Shown: positions 36,684 through 49,635 of the stretch, in pieces
Layout of the letters: each line of letters begins with the position of its first letter
How positions within the stretch are numbered: the stretch's first letter is position 1
NCBI RefSeq assembly: GCF_018350175.1
Contig: NC_058368.1
Span: 231,572,001 to 231,636,000 of the forward strand
Reading direction: 5' to 3'
DNA from: Felis catus
Taxonomy: Eukaryota
Length of the DNA stretch: 64,000 nt
Translations under genes and position numbers: made by a program
The notes under the pieces: generated by a model
What the model was told of the DNA's origin: nothing
Seen by the model: the letters and a program-made list of their open reading frames with translations, nothing else
Databases searched by the model: none

Positions 36684-37572
36684 TATTGTCAATATTTTGG
36701 TTTGCTATGTCTTTTTCACTTCTTTCCATCAATCTTATTTCAAAGCTTTCCAGCTTGCACAGAATCACTTGCTTTGTCGACACGTCATGCTTTTTGCTCA
36801 CTTTTGCTGTGTGCGCGTATACAATGGGTCCCACAAGGGAGACTCTTCGAACCTCAATGGTTAACTGTCTCCTCTGCTTCAAGGAAGGCTTGAGAAGTGG
36901 GGGTTCGTGACGATTACGGCCTGGCAAGGACCAGTCTCCAGCACAGAGTAGCTCCAGGGAGAACCTTGGCTAAGAGTAGATGTTGGCAGCGATGGCCAGC
37001 CTTCTACTTTCTCAAGAGTGTTGCTATTTGCCTCAATGCATGAGTCATCGTTTTAGTAAAGTTTCTAACATCAATACTCAGCTATTTTCAATTATGAGTC
37101 TGACATCCTGTTTCAGGACGAGCACAATTGTCTTTCAGATGAGTCGCCTCCTGGATTCTGCTAAACCTTGTCTCTGCTCCTCTCCAGTATGTGAATAAGG
37201 AAGGTTGTGAATGTGTCTAAACAATCGTAAGGGAAATGATGCTCATTATGTGAGCTCATTGGTGAGATGCTCATTGGTGAGATGCAAGTTATGTACATTT
37301 CCGTTTATCCTTAGGTTTCATGAATACATGAACAATGAGTATGAGACCCAGAGTAGGTTCCAGAAGAGAGAGAGAGAGTGAGAGCCAGACCTGGGAGTGA
37401 AATGGATGTGTTAACCAGGTTCTGTAGGTAACAGAGTAAGAGAAGAGCCTGGCCGTGGTGCTGATTGGCTCTGGGACACCATGAAAGGCACTTCATTTTT
37501 CTTAGCCTCATTCTTTTTTTTTTTTTTTTTTTTTTTTGCATTAAAAAAGTCTGAGTTAAACGGAGATAACTC

Positions 37573-37791
37573 GGGGCGCCTAGGTGGCTCAGTCTGTTAA
37601 GTGTCCGACCTTGGCCCAGGTCATGATCTCGCGGTTCGTTGAATTCGATCCCCACATTGGGCTCTGTGCTGACAGCTCGGAGCCTGGAGCCTGCTTCGGA
37701 TTCTGTGTCTCCCTCTCTCTCTGTCCCTTCCCACTTGTGCTCTGTCTCTCTTTCTCTAAAAAATACAAATAAACACTAAAAAAAAAAAAAA
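37573..37791 (+). mobile_element. Can-SINE
   Basis: TSD core gagataact. Confidence 0.95.
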
Positions 37792-38749
37792 CCCAGAGAT
37801 AACTAAAAATTTCCTTGCTTTCTATCTCTGATAACAGAGATCCTATGAGCTCTTTCATAATATATCAGAATTTTCTTTGGAAAGTTCTTAAAGAAGGACC
37901 TAGAGAAACTTTTCAGAGAAGGGTAACAAATGTAATTAAAGAGTTGATTTGGTAAGACTGTGAAGAAAAGGTTTAAGGAACAAGAATTATTTTGCCTTGG
38001 CAGAGAAGAGACAAGAGGTTGATAGTGATTTTAAGATTTAAGTAATTTTAAGATGTAAAAACGATGTATCTGGTAAGAAGCCTATGTGTTCTTTAAAGTT
38101 AATGCGTTGTGATTTGGGGAAAAAATGCAATATGCTCATTAGAAAGAAATATAAATTGCCAAGGAATTCACACCCACAAAAGCAAAAACAAAACAAAACA
38201 AAAACCCTCAAAATCATCTTTCAATCGTTCATTGGATTTTCTTCTGGTATCTATTGTTCTCTATTCAAAAAAGTCTAACCAGTGTTGTGTGTTATACAAG
38301 TCAGTTATTTTGTTATTTTAAATTTACATTAAAATAAGCATTTCTAAATGTTATCATTTTTGTTAACATTTTTATAGCTTCATATTACTGTTTTGTGAGA
38401 TTATTCCATAGTTTATACAGCTATGTAATCTTTTGCTTCTAGTCATAACGCCTTAGAAAACATCTTGCATAACACTTTGCTCTCTATTGTCACTATTTCC
38501 CCGTAACAAAATACTATTTCTGAGCTTCCTGCACCCCTGGAAATGCACATGTTGGTGTTTGTCGATAATATTGTCCAATTGCCTTTCAGAATTCTGTCTA
38601 GCTGCGTTCCCAACGGCACTGTGTGTCCTGTCTCGTCCGTGTGCTCTGCAGCAGTTATAATTATATAATTTGATATTAGATTTTAGTTATATAATTACGC
38701 TATAATTAGAGGCTAATTTGATACAGAAAACTATTACTTGCTTCAATTC

Positions 38750-38810
38750 TTTCTCTTTCTCTCTGTCTCTGTCTCTCTCTCTCTCACACACACACGCGCG
38801 CGTGCGCGCG
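38750..38810. repeat. Compound (CT)n(CA)n(CG)n microsatellite
   Basis: ctctctctctcacacacacacgcgcgcgtgcgcgcg. Confidence 0.9.
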
Positions 38811-39327
38811 GATATTTTTCCATATGCTTGTTAATAAGGTTTGTTTCTTCTTTTTGTAAATGTCTCTTCATGACCGTGGTCCATTTTTTGTTGAAGTCTT
38901 AGTGATTTTGACCAATTACCAGATGAACTTAGATTTTTCCAAGGACATGAAAGCATAGCATGATTAAAAAAGAGAATCCACAGGCATTGGAATGTGTCGG
39001 AAAGACTAATACCTCTGAGCGAATGCAGTCTCAGGAAAAATGCCACAGATTGAGTGAGTCGGTCTGCTTTTCTACATCTGTGTTCAACTCTGTTAAATAG
39101 GCATCAAATGAGATTATCTTTATGACCATGAAAATATGCTCTTGGAGAGGAAAGAGGAAAGAGACCTCAGAGCTGGTGTCCTGTGTTTTAGAGGCACCAG
39201 AGCAATGACTCTTACTTTGGTGTCAGACTGGCACTTCTAGATCCCTTGCAGCAAGTTTTATGCAAAAGAATTTTCCAGAAAAAATTCAGTAGTTTGATAC
39301 TTATACTTGTGTCTTGCCTACCTCTGT

Positions 39328-39400
39328 CATCTATCTATCTATCTATCTATCTATCATCTAGCTCTCCATCTAGCTATACATCTATTATCTGTCTACTGTC

Positions 39401-39437
<37 letters not shown>

Positions 39438-39532
39438 CCTATCTATCATCTATCCATCTAGATAGCTAGCTATACATATATCTGTCTATCATCTATCATC
39501 ATCATTATCATTATCTATGATCATCTATCTAA
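39328..39532. repeat. Complex (TCTA)n/(GATA)n tetranucleotide repeat
   Basis: Two long TCTA runs with degenerate spacers. Confidence 0.95.
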
Positions 39533-40020
39533 TCTCCTTCTGTGTTTACTCAAGAACTCTTTCAGCAGACCTAGTGCACTTAACAGTTACTTCCCTCCAT
39601 AGGCAAAACTGTAGGTGGTCTACGTAATACCCTTGTACCTTCATACCTGTTGAAGGTAAGCCCCCCTATCTCTGTTTCCTCTTTTGAGCCCCCTTTTTCC
39701 TGCTGGTGTGCTGCCTCTGGTTTTGACTTACACTTCAACTACACCTCTCCGTCCTGATCTCTGAAGAGCATCTTGCCCTTCCAATGGTTAGTTGGACCAT
39801 TCTGGAAGGGCAGGTACAGTTCCCTGCCACTCCTGGGCCCACAGCTTGGGGTGACACTGAGATCTGGCAGAACCAGGTTTCTGTCTTTTCAGCAGAGCAC
39901 AGAGGCGGGAATCAGTGGTGGACGTTTTTCTCCCTTGCAACTGAAAACAGAAAGAGAAATATACGTGGATTCTAACTTCAACTATCCGTGAAATTAATTC
40001 TTCATCAAAAGGAGATTTTA

Positions 40021-40212
40021 GGGGCACCTGGGTGGCTCAGTCGGTTAAGGTCTTGGTTTCAGCTCAGGTCATGATCTGATGATTCGTGAGATTGAGCCCA
40101 GTGTCTGTGCTGACAGTGCAGAGCCTGCTTGGGATTCTCCCTGCCTCCCTCTCTCTCTCTGCCGCTCACTTGTTCTCTCTCTCTCAAAATAAATAAATGG
40201 ATGTTAAGAACA
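40021..40212 (+). mobile_element. Older Can-SINE
   Basis: ggggcacctgggtggctcagtcggttaag head. Confidence 0.93.
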
Positions 40213-41141
40213 AGAAGGGATTTTTATTTTGAATCACGTTAATGATTTTGGAGGATGAGAACTTTCCTTGTCTGTGGTTGTAAACAGAGGATAGAGGAAA
40301 TATTCTCAGAGAAACAGCCAGGTGGTGTCTCTGGGTCCCTTCCCCATTCCACGATTCTTATCTGATACTCACTTGCCATGGCATGATGAAGGTGTATTTT
40401 TTGTTTTCAGTAAAAATTGTTAGACCTCTGGATTAATAAAACAAGTGCTGGTGAGGTTAAAATTGTAATGCTTTCGATTATGCAAAAGTTTGTATCTCCC
40501 ATCTTTTGCAGAAATTTTAGCCTCTGGCTAAACAATCAGTACTTTGCAGCAATTTTTTCCCCTTAGCAGTAGATAGCCTTATATTTTCTGGCTTACCTTC
40601 CAACATAAATCCATTTATTTCAAGGTCTTAACCCAGCTGAGGCTCTTTATCAATTGCTAATTATCACTCACACTATGCAGAAACACATTTCCTCTGTATT
40701 CATGACATAGCACTTCTGTAATCTCAGCCTCACAGTGAATGTTCCAACAGAGAAAGGCCTGTATCCCAGGCAGACATAATAAAACTATTCTCCACTAACC
40801 TGATGTAAAATAGAAGGCTATGCCTTTTTGGGGTCTTGTTGTTATTACGAGTGATGTTTCAAGGCTGAAGCATCATTTCTCTGATTTACAGCAGATTTGG
40901 AATATGACCGTATGATAAAACATAATCTATAGCATTTAATTCAGAATGGACAGCTGTTTATAGTGGTCTGGAATCCAACTGTATCATTCAGAATGAGTTA
41001 CCCCCACTTATCTCTATATGACTCTCCAAGTTAGGGAATCACATGTGTTTTAGCTTCAAGCACATAAGAATGAGGATGTGAATCAAATTAAATGAAAAGT
41101 AATTGATTAATCAAATGCAAAGTAATCAATCTTAAAGATAG

Positions 41142-41231
41142 ATTCTGTTTGGAGACTATCTTGTTATCCATGAACGACCTTAGTAATTCTGTTTAGAGAC
41201 TATCTTGTTATCCATGAACGACCTTAGTAAT
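41142..41231. repeat. 44-bp tandem duplication (2 copies, 1 mismatch)
   Basis: attctgttt(g/a)gagactatcttgttatccatgaacgaccttagta x2. Confidence 0.97.
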
Positions 41232-41329
41232 ACTTATAGCTATTGTTAGTAAGAGCTTATATCATGTCAGTGCATTGAGTTGGTGCTTTCGGAGCATTTA
41301 ACATTATACTGACAATGTGTAATTCCTAG

Positions 41330-41910
41330 GCCTCCAGTTGTAGTCATTAAGATGGGGCCTAAAGACCCGGCGGGACGGGGCCAGGACAAGTGGATGGGAT
41401 GCCGTGTAGCAGATGGGAGTGAGAACAGGCCCTGGAGTTGGTTAAGAGAGGAGGTGACAGCAGAAGGGAAGTGTGATGGCTGGGCCATCAGGTGGGTGCA
41501 GTGTCTGACACCAAGAAGACTGGGGGACAGATGGAGGGGGACAGGATGATGAACTCAAAGTGCTCTGTGTCCAATGTGTGTGGATGTGTAATGGAGATAG
41601 CCTGTGAGCAGTTGGATGTGTGTGTTGGGGGCTCAGGAGTTAGGTCACGGGTAAAGCTATAGAATTCAGATTTGCTAATATGTAGGTGAAGATTAAAGGC
41701 AGGAGAGTGGATTCAATTGTCCAGGGAGAAACACAAGCATGGACGATCATAGAGAACACTGGTGTTTAAGAGACAGTGAGAAGAGAGACTTCAAACGAGC
41801 CTGAATATCAGGTGCAGGAAAGTCAAGGGGTGTGTTCCATGGATATGAAAAAAAGAATGTTTCCAAAAGCAGGGAAAAGCCTAGAAAACAAGGTGGGTTA
41901 AGGCTAACAT
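41330..41910 (-). mobile_element. L2 fragment
   Basis: gagcagttggatgtgtgtgttgggggctcaggag...ggagagtggattcaattgtccagggagaa. Confidence 0.7.
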
Positions 41911-42284
41911 GTGTCCCTTAATAAAACACAATTTTAAGTATGTTTTAAGGTGAAAAGTGGTTTAAAAGAGATGCTAACTTATCTTTAATATGTATTAAAT
42001 GAAAATTCTGCTAACTAGTGAAGTTAACTTTGCCAGGATAAGTAAGAGATATTCTTATATCGTGTGCACACATTTGTAAAAACAGTGGAAGGATGAACAA
42101 GAAATCAATGAAATAGTTACCTACTAATACATTTCAGTGTGTTCCTTTTGCATTGTTTTAGCTTCTGACTCATATAGGTATTAGTAATTTTGAAGCAAAT
42201 TGAAACAGATGCAATTGTATGTCAAATTGGTGACATGACAGAGAAAGGATTATTTCAAGTGACTTTAATATGCGTACTAGATCA

Positions 42285-42513
42285 TTTTTTTAACATTTTT
42301 TATTTATTTTTGAGAGAGAGAGAGAGAGAAAGAGAGAGAGACAAGGCACAAGCAGGGGAGGGGCAGAGAGAGAGGGAGACACAGAATCCGAAGCAGGCTC
42401 CAGGCTGTGAGCTGTCAGCACAGAGCCCGACATGGGGCTCGAACCCATGAACCATGAGCTCATGACTTGAGCTGAAGTCGAATGCTCAACCAACTGAGCC
42501 ACTCAGGCACCCC
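42285..42513 (-). mobile_element. Can-SINE
   Basis: Full length, antisense. Confidence 0.95.
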
Positions 42514-42707
42514 TAAATGTAAATCTTTAATATGATGCCTCTAAAGAAAAAGAATCATAAAAATCATAAACTGCTATTACTGGTTTTATTATCAATAATA
42601 TTAGCATCATGATTTGAAAATTATTTTATAAATATTATAGGATAAAGCTAAGAACACTATAATAGTAAAATTAAATAGAAAACATGTTATATCTTCATTA
42701 TTTCATT

Positions 42708-42892
42708 GTTTTTGAATTTATTATTGAAGTACAGTTGACATACAGTGAGTGTTATTTTAGTTTCAGGTGTGCAACATAGTGATTCGATAATTACATACCT
42801 TATGCAGTGTTCATCATGATAAGTGTGGTCACCATCTGTCACTCTACAATGCTATTGCAATATTATTGACTATATTCCCTGTGCTGTACTTT
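42708..42892 (-). mobile_element. Short carnivore L1 3' end
   Basis: ttattgaagtacagttgacatac...tttcaggtgtgcaacatagtgattc...ttgactatattccctgtgctgtac. Confidence 0.85.
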
Positions 42893-42903
42893 CCGTGTCC
42901 ATT

Positions 42904-43119
42904 AAAAAACATTTTTTTTAATTTATCTATTTATTTTGAGACAAAGACAACATGAGCAGGGGAGGGGCAGAGAGAGGGGGAGAGAGAGAAACCCAAGCAG
43001 GCTCTGTGCTGCCAGCACAGAACCCTATGCGGGGCTCAAAACCCATGAAACCATGAGATCATGACCTGAGCTGAAACCAAGAGTCCAACACTTAACTGAC
43101 TGAGCCACCCAGGCATCCC
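42904..43119 (-). mobile_element. Can-SINE
   Basis: TSD cc(g/a)tgt(c/t)catt. Confidence 0.93.
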
Positions 43120-43124
43120 CCATG

Positions 43125-43460
43125 TTCATTTTTAAAGTACATTTTCTATTTCTGACCCTTGAGATAGCCTAGAAACATTATCACCCCAGCAGCAGCGAGC
43201 ACCCCTCCTAACCAGCTCTTGGCCTTTAACACCACTCACCTCTATGAGTAATCGTGGCTCCTTAGAGAAATGGCTTATTTCAGGCCAGGAAAGGTATGAG
43301 CTGGGGCTGGAACTGCTCATGATTCCAGAAAGCGAGGAAGGATTCTCAGATTAGTGGACAAAAAGGGCATAGAATTCAGCTCAGAAGTGCTCCCATTGGC
43401 CAAAGTCATAACAGCTTGACCGTGAAAATGATTTTAGTTGATTTCTACAGAATGCCATTA
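43125..43460 (+). mobile_element. L1MC-type 3'UTR fragment
   Basis: ggctccttagagaaatggct...ccagaaagcgaggaag...gctcccattggccaaa. Confidence 0.7.
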
Positions 43461-44985
43461 ATCTCCAAAAACACTTTTTATGGGAGTGGGTGGGAAAAGT
43501 CTTGCTTCTGTATAAAAAGTACAGCTACATGCACAGGACATAAACAGGTACTCAGCACACCTGGAGTTTTCAAATTTCATGAGGAGGGGAGATTAGGGAG
43601 AAAAATGTCGAAAATGTCTAAAACGGGGATGCTGATAAAAATAAGAAAACACATTAGGAGGCAGTGTGTCTTCTCCTGAGAAGCTGCCTCTTCTCAGAAA
43701 GTTTACACTCCCACCAACAGAGGGAGTCTCCCTTCCTTTCTACAGGTCCTCTAATCTAGAAAGATGGAAAATCTGTCTTGTTCACTTTTTTTCTTTTCTT
43801 TTGTTAGTGATGTTTTATAGTTTTGTTTTGTTTTTTTAAACACACATCCTGTACTGTTCCCCTTCTGTGTTTCCAAGTTCGGATCTTTGAGGGGTGGAGA
43901 GGGTGCTTTCATTTTGCGAGATGAGTCTGGTTTGGGCTTACTCGTCACTGTGTGATTACGTAAAGAGTGTTTCCCTGCCCTGCCATTTTCATTTCGCGTG
44001 GAATCTTGAGTCTCTGGTCATCCTACTCAGCCATCTCCTGTTCATTATCAGCCTCTGGTTTTCTCATCTCAGATCAGTTTTGCCTTCTGGATATTCTGCA
44101 GGTGTTTCCAAAGAGCCAGACCTTCTTTAATCCTACTGAAGATGCCAAAAAAAAAAAAAAAAAAAAAAAGAATAATTGCAAGGTGTGTCTGTCTAATGCA
44201 GAAGATTCTTCAAAGATCTGTTCATCTATTGATGTTTCTAGATTTGAAGTAGTGTTTTCATTAATACTTACCATCAAACAAAGAAGCACCTGTTCCAACA
44301 CAGTGTTTACGAGGAGAGAAGGCAAGGCGGGTGGGTGTGCCTGAGACTTCTCTGCCCTCTTGTGAGATGAATGGATTCCTCTTCTAATCCACAGATGTAC
44401 AAGGGTCCTGCTAGGATTCCCAGGTTCTAAGTCTTTCACCTAATGTGCATCTGTTCTCCCATGAGACACCCTCCCTTGTTGTTTTCTTATAGTCAGACCC
44501 AATGAAGTGCATGAAAAGCTACCACTGTCGGCCAGGGCTGCTGTCAGGACTCCCTGTCTCCACCAATAAAGCTTACTCCTGAGACATCATCAACCAGAAA
44601 CCACCAAGATTCTGCTGCCTTCCTTCCTGCCAAGTTATTGCCTGGATTTGTGTTTCTGTGTAAATATAAGTTGACAGTGGCAGAGAGTGTAATGTTGGCG
44701 GTAAGTAAAGCAAAATCTCCCAGTGCATCCAGAGTGGGCAGTTGGTCTGTTTCTCAGTCTAAGATCTTAGTGCTTTGAGTTTTTGTGCTTTGTGCATGTT
44801 TGAGAGAGAAGGTGGAAGAGGCTAGACACTGAAACTGGACATTTCAAACTGAAAATGATTATGTAATCTTGGTAACCAACCTCTGCAATGATTGTATATT
44901 ACTTTATTAAATTGATGTACCATAGTTGACTTAACGACTTTCCTATTGTCGATCATTTAATGTGTTTCCAAATACTTGCTATTAC

Positions 44986-45100
44986 GATGGACCTTGAACG
45001 ACACAGGTTTGAACTGAAGGGGTTCACTTATACATTGTTGTTGTTTTAAATAAGTACGGCACAGTATTGTAAATGTATTTTCTCTGATTTTCTGTTTCCT
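44986..45100. mobile_element. Tigger2-like (TcMar) terminal fragment
   Basis: gaccttgaacgacacaggtttgaactg...ggttcacttatac. Confidence 0.7.
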
Positions 45101-45194
45101 TTTATTGTTCGAGGGCGAACTGTATTATCAATAATTCTACAACAAACATCTTTGTGCGTAAAACTTTTTCTAGGCTGTAAGCACAGGTTCTACA

Positions 45195-45644
45195 TATGGC
45201 AGCAATGTCTTGTCCAACAGTTTCTCGTTCTCCTTTTTCCATGGAAATTTAGATCCCATGTCTGTCTTGAATAGAGATGGTATCTACCAATCTTGTGTTC
45301 TAGTGACTTCGTTTCCAAGTGATTAAGTTCTGGCCAATGGCATGTGAGTGGAAGGGTAGTGCGCAAACTCAATGAAGTTTCTGTGAAGGGAGGGCTTCTC
45401 TGCTTTTTCTCTTCCGTTCCTCCAGTGTCTGCCTGGGATGTGATGGTCGGAGCTCGAGTTCTGCCTTACACCACGAGGTTTAGTGATGGCAAAGTGGTGA
45501 GGTGCAACAAGCGGGGTCCCCCTGGTTCCATCGCGCCCACTTGTATGACAGTGCTGGGCTGCTTACATGAGAACCAACAACTTTCTATCTCGTGTAAGTA
45601 TTCTGGTTTGGGGGTTTTGCAGCTGTATGCAATCCTGTAGTACA
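45195..45644 (+). mobile_element. Old MLT1 (I/J-type) LTR
   Basis: gtgattaagttctggccaatggcatgtgagtggaag; gcctgggatgtgatggtcggagct. Confidence 0.75.
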
Positions 45645-45959
45645 CTTGGGCTAACACGAATGTCCTAGATTTTAACAAACAATCAGTAAGTGGCAAAAGA
45701 CTGAAAGGAGAGATCCTGGAAGGTAAGGTAGGAACGCACCCAATATACACTTGCCCACTTCAGAGTTTTCCTTTCTGTGATTGGCCAGGCTCATGGGATC
45801 TGGTTAGATGCACCTTAGACCAACATGCTATATCCATCCATGTCTACTGCTGCCTCCCTTGAAGCCGGATGGAGCAGATACGGTTATCCCGGTTTCTTCC
45901 TTAATAAAACCAAACTTGCCCAGACAAACTGGGACACTTGCTAAAATTATAGGTTTTCC

Positions 45960-46312
45960 CACTTATTAAACCCCTGAACTTACTGAATCATAATGTCTGA
46001 GAGTGGAGTCCAAGAAGTAGTATTTGTAATAAGTTTACTGAACGATTCTTTTTAAAAAAAATTTTTTTTACACTTATTTATTTTTGAGAGACAGAAAGAG
46101 ACAGCGTGAGCAGGGGAGGAGCAGAGAAAGAGGGAGACACAGAATCAGAAGCAAGCTCCAGGCTCCAAGCTGTCAGCAAAGAGCCCGATGCGGGGCTCGA
46201 ACCCACGAACCGTGAGATCATAACCTGAGGAGAAGTCGGACGCTTAACTGACTGAGCCACCCAGGCGCCCCGAGTTTACTGAACGATTCTGATGTGCTGA
46301 GATGTTTGGCAG
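45960..46312. mobile_element. MER5-like fragment split by a SINE
   Basis: acttactgaatcataatgtctgagagtggagtccaagaa...gattctgatgtgc. Confidence 0.55.
46050..46271 (-). mobile_element. Can-SINE
   Basis: Perfect TSD agtttactgaacgattct at 46032 and 46273. Confidence 0.97.
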
Positions 46313-46878
46313 CTTCAAGTCTTCTCTATTTCGAGATTATCATTTTGTTTTCCCAGTTAGTTGCCCTCGCTCTGTGAAATTAAGCAACGTAAGATGGATC
46401 TGAGAAAACATCTGACCTGACCTGGTGGTCTCATCTTTGAGGGACAGAGAATTCAAGAACCTAAATAGCTTTTTGCATTAAGAGCCATAATCCCAGCACT
46501 TTCCCTTGACTTGAATTCACCGAATGTCTTCAAGTGTCTGTTGACCATCTCCAGACCTCTCTCAGCGACCTTCATCTAACATCCTAATAGTCCGGTGTCT
46601 GTCTGGTGTCAGAATCAAACTCCCTTCTGTCTACATGAAACGGTGAGGTGCTCTAAAGAGAAGTGGGCCGCACAGTGGTAAGGGATATAGATGCATTTCT
46701 GTTCGTGTGGGGATGTTTTCTCTAGTGGAAATGCTTTCTCTTTGAACGATACACGACTTGGAAGTCATTAAATCATCATGGTCCTCGTGTCCCTCTGGGA
46801 AGATTAGCTCCGTGAATTGAGAGCTCTTGAATATTTATTTCCTTGTGTTCAAAATTTTGGACTCTCTGTTGCTAGAGC

Positions 46879-47325
46879 TGTATAGTGGGTTCTTAAAAAG
46901 TGACCGCAATTATTCCTCTCCCTATATCCCGCATCTTAGAGTGTGACCCCCACGATTCTTTCCACGAGGGGTGGAGTCTGTGTCCCCACCCCTTGGGTCT
47001 GGGCTGACCTTGGGAATCCATTTGAACAGGAGAGATTGTGGATGAAGTGGCCTCGCATGCTTCCCTTGTTCTCTCGGAAGGCTGCCCTGTGTGAGCAAGT
47101 TGGGTTAGCCCACTGGATGAAGAAGGACGTGTGGCCCACTCACGCTATCAGCCCAGCTCACAGTCAGCTAACCTACCTGACTGGCCACTGAACGTGGATG
47201 CTGAGTGAGCCCAGCTGAGCCTCAGCCCAGATGGCTGACCTGTGGAATCACGAACTACATAAGTAGTTGTTTTCAGTCACTACATTTGGGGATGGCTCTT
47301 TATTCCGCAAAAGTCAGCTGATCCA
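46879..47325 (+). mobile_element. Old MLT1 (F/H-type) LTR
   Basis: TG...CA ends; ggtggagtctgtgtccccacccctt; gttgttttcagtcactacatttgggg. Confidence 0.75.
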
Positions 47326-48262
47326 GGCATCACCACAACTACAGATAATGATGAAAGGCTGGGGATGACCATGCCACAGGGGCACTTTCTCGAATGTCTC
47401 CAACTCTGAGCAGGTGAGGACGTTTCCTGTCCTGGTGAGGTAAAAATATGTCTTCCCTGAGAGTCTCCCCTGAGTATGGCCAGGGCAATTTGATTTGAAG
47501 AAAGGTCCTACTGTTGGGTAAGATAGCCTTGGGAGAACAATGGCCTCTGCTGGTTTGTCTGAAGCATGCTGTGTCTCCCCTCATCATCTACTCTGGGCTG
47601 AAGGGAGACACAGTTGTTACAGGAGAAGAGTTCCAGATATTTCAGCCCCAAATCAATGCTCCCTCCTCAGTGCTTTCTGGTTTTGTTTTGGTTTATTTTT
47701 TGACATACAATTCACATAGAATACAATTCTTAGTATGTGCACAAGGTTTGGCAACCATCACCGCTCTCTAATTCTGGAACATTTCCGTCACTCCAGAAAG
47801 ACACCCCCATTCGTCACCTCAGTGACTTCCTAAACTTTTTTTCAGTTTGCAGAGTTTTAAAGATTAATTTTTTTTCTGTATCCGTTCCTCTTGGGCAATT
47901 GTAAAATGTGTGCGTTTGTGATCATGCCGGATTTTCATTAAAAAGTCAAACTTTTTCAAGGAAACTAGGAAACTTTTTTTTTTTTAGTAGATGAAATACA
48001 GAAATAAAGCAACACAGAACAAATATGTGTAAAAGAGACAGTAAAATGCAGTCTCACTCCCATCTCCATGGAGACCACCGCTGTTTTCAGTTTGGGGTGT
48101 ATTTTTCTGGAAGAAGAGGATGTTTTTACGGATATTAAAGCTCATCCACAGCGAGTTTTAATAAGACATGTTCCTTTGGCTTGGGACCTGTGAGTTGAAA
48201 GTAATTTTCATGATGTTCTGCTTGCTTTTGTGGGCCTCAGAATTTTACTGAAGATTTTAAAA

Positions 48263-48727
48263 AAATGTTTATTTTTGGGGGCGCCTGGGTGGCTCAGTCG
48301 GTTGGGCGTCCGACTTTGGCTCAGGTCACGATCTCGCGGTCTGTGAGTTCGAGCCCTGCGTCGGGCTCTGGGCTGATGGCTCAGAGCCTGGAGCCTGCTT
48401 CTGATTCTGTGTCTCCCTTTCTCTCTGCCCCTTCCCCGTTCATGCTGTGTCTCCGTTTCAAAAATAAATAAAACGTTAAAAAAATTTTAAAAATGTTTAT
48501 TTTTGAGAGAGAGAGACAGAGAGACAGAGAGAGAGGGAGAGACAGAGAGAGACAGAGAGAGACAGAGAGAGCGAGAGAGCATGAGTGGGGGAGGGGCAGA
48601 GAGAGAATCCAAAACAGCCTTCACACTGTCAGGGCAGAGCCTGACATGGGGCTCCAACCCATTAACCGTGAGATCATGACCCGAGCTGAAGTCAGACGTT
48701 TAGCCGACTAAGCCACCCAGGCGCCTC
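48263..48727 (-). mobile_element. Can-SINE (outer), tail interrupted by an antisense SINE
   Basis: Body at 48493-48727 with expanded (GAGACAGA)n; imperfect TSD tactgaagattttaaaaa / tattgaaattttaaaaa. Confidence 0.9.
48278..48488 (+). mobile_element. Can-SINE (inner)
   Basis: TSD aaaaatgtttatttttg at 48261 and 48489. Confidence 0.95.
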
Positions 48728-49635
48728 TGATATTGAAATTTTAAAAATAAAACTATTAACTCTAGATTGTACAGAATTTGGAAGCTTGGGAGAATAAAAT
48801 GAAGATGATCCTTTGTCAGATCCACCCTAAGTTAACCACTACCATCATCTTGGTGCATTTCAAGTTCAGCATTTATTCTGTGTATTTTAATTTAGACTTC
48901 AAGACTTATGATGAGTTTGGGAGAAAATTATATTTAAAATGTGTAACTTACCAGTTCTATTATTATTAAAATTATGAATTGCTTTGCTGTTTCTTGGTTC
49001 CCATGCAAACTTGTGGATACCTTTTACTAAAAACCTTTTAACAGACCAAGAGAACTCGGTTAGAATAGCTCTAGTTATAGGCTTCTCATCGCCTAATAAT
49101 GGAAGGTTTCTCCTTGAGATGAATTATTTCCGACTAGTTCTGATAAGCATCTCTCATCTTGGTAGTATGACACTATCTTGAGAAATGTCTACAGAGAAAA
49201 TCAATAGATTTTTCAATTTATGCTCATTCATGACTCAAGGCTGTTTTCATTGCAGGGGTTTTTTATTGTTCTTTAATTCTGCTCCATTCCCGACCATTGT
49301 TGTATGCTTATTTCAGTTCTTAAAACCTTATTTTAACAATAGGATGTTTCAGATCCTCACTGTCTTTGTTTGAAAGGCAATGAGTCAAAACCCTATTGTA
49401 ATTGATTATCCTGCATAGTAATATGTTATTTTATGGGCAGATTAACACAGTATACTATCTTTTCAAAACTAAATGTGCTTGAATAAGACAACATATTCAT
49501 AAAGATCATGTTGAAAAAGAGGAAAGCAAATAATCAAAACAGGGTACAAGGGACAACTGATAAACTATAGATTACAAGATACTCACTTTTTATGGAAACT
49601 TATTATTTTGTTTTACAGTAAAGACATATAATGAA

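Noticed and set aside
41142..41231. Direct repeat as a possible CRISPR-like array
   Set aside because: Two abutting copies with no spacers, in mammalian DNA.
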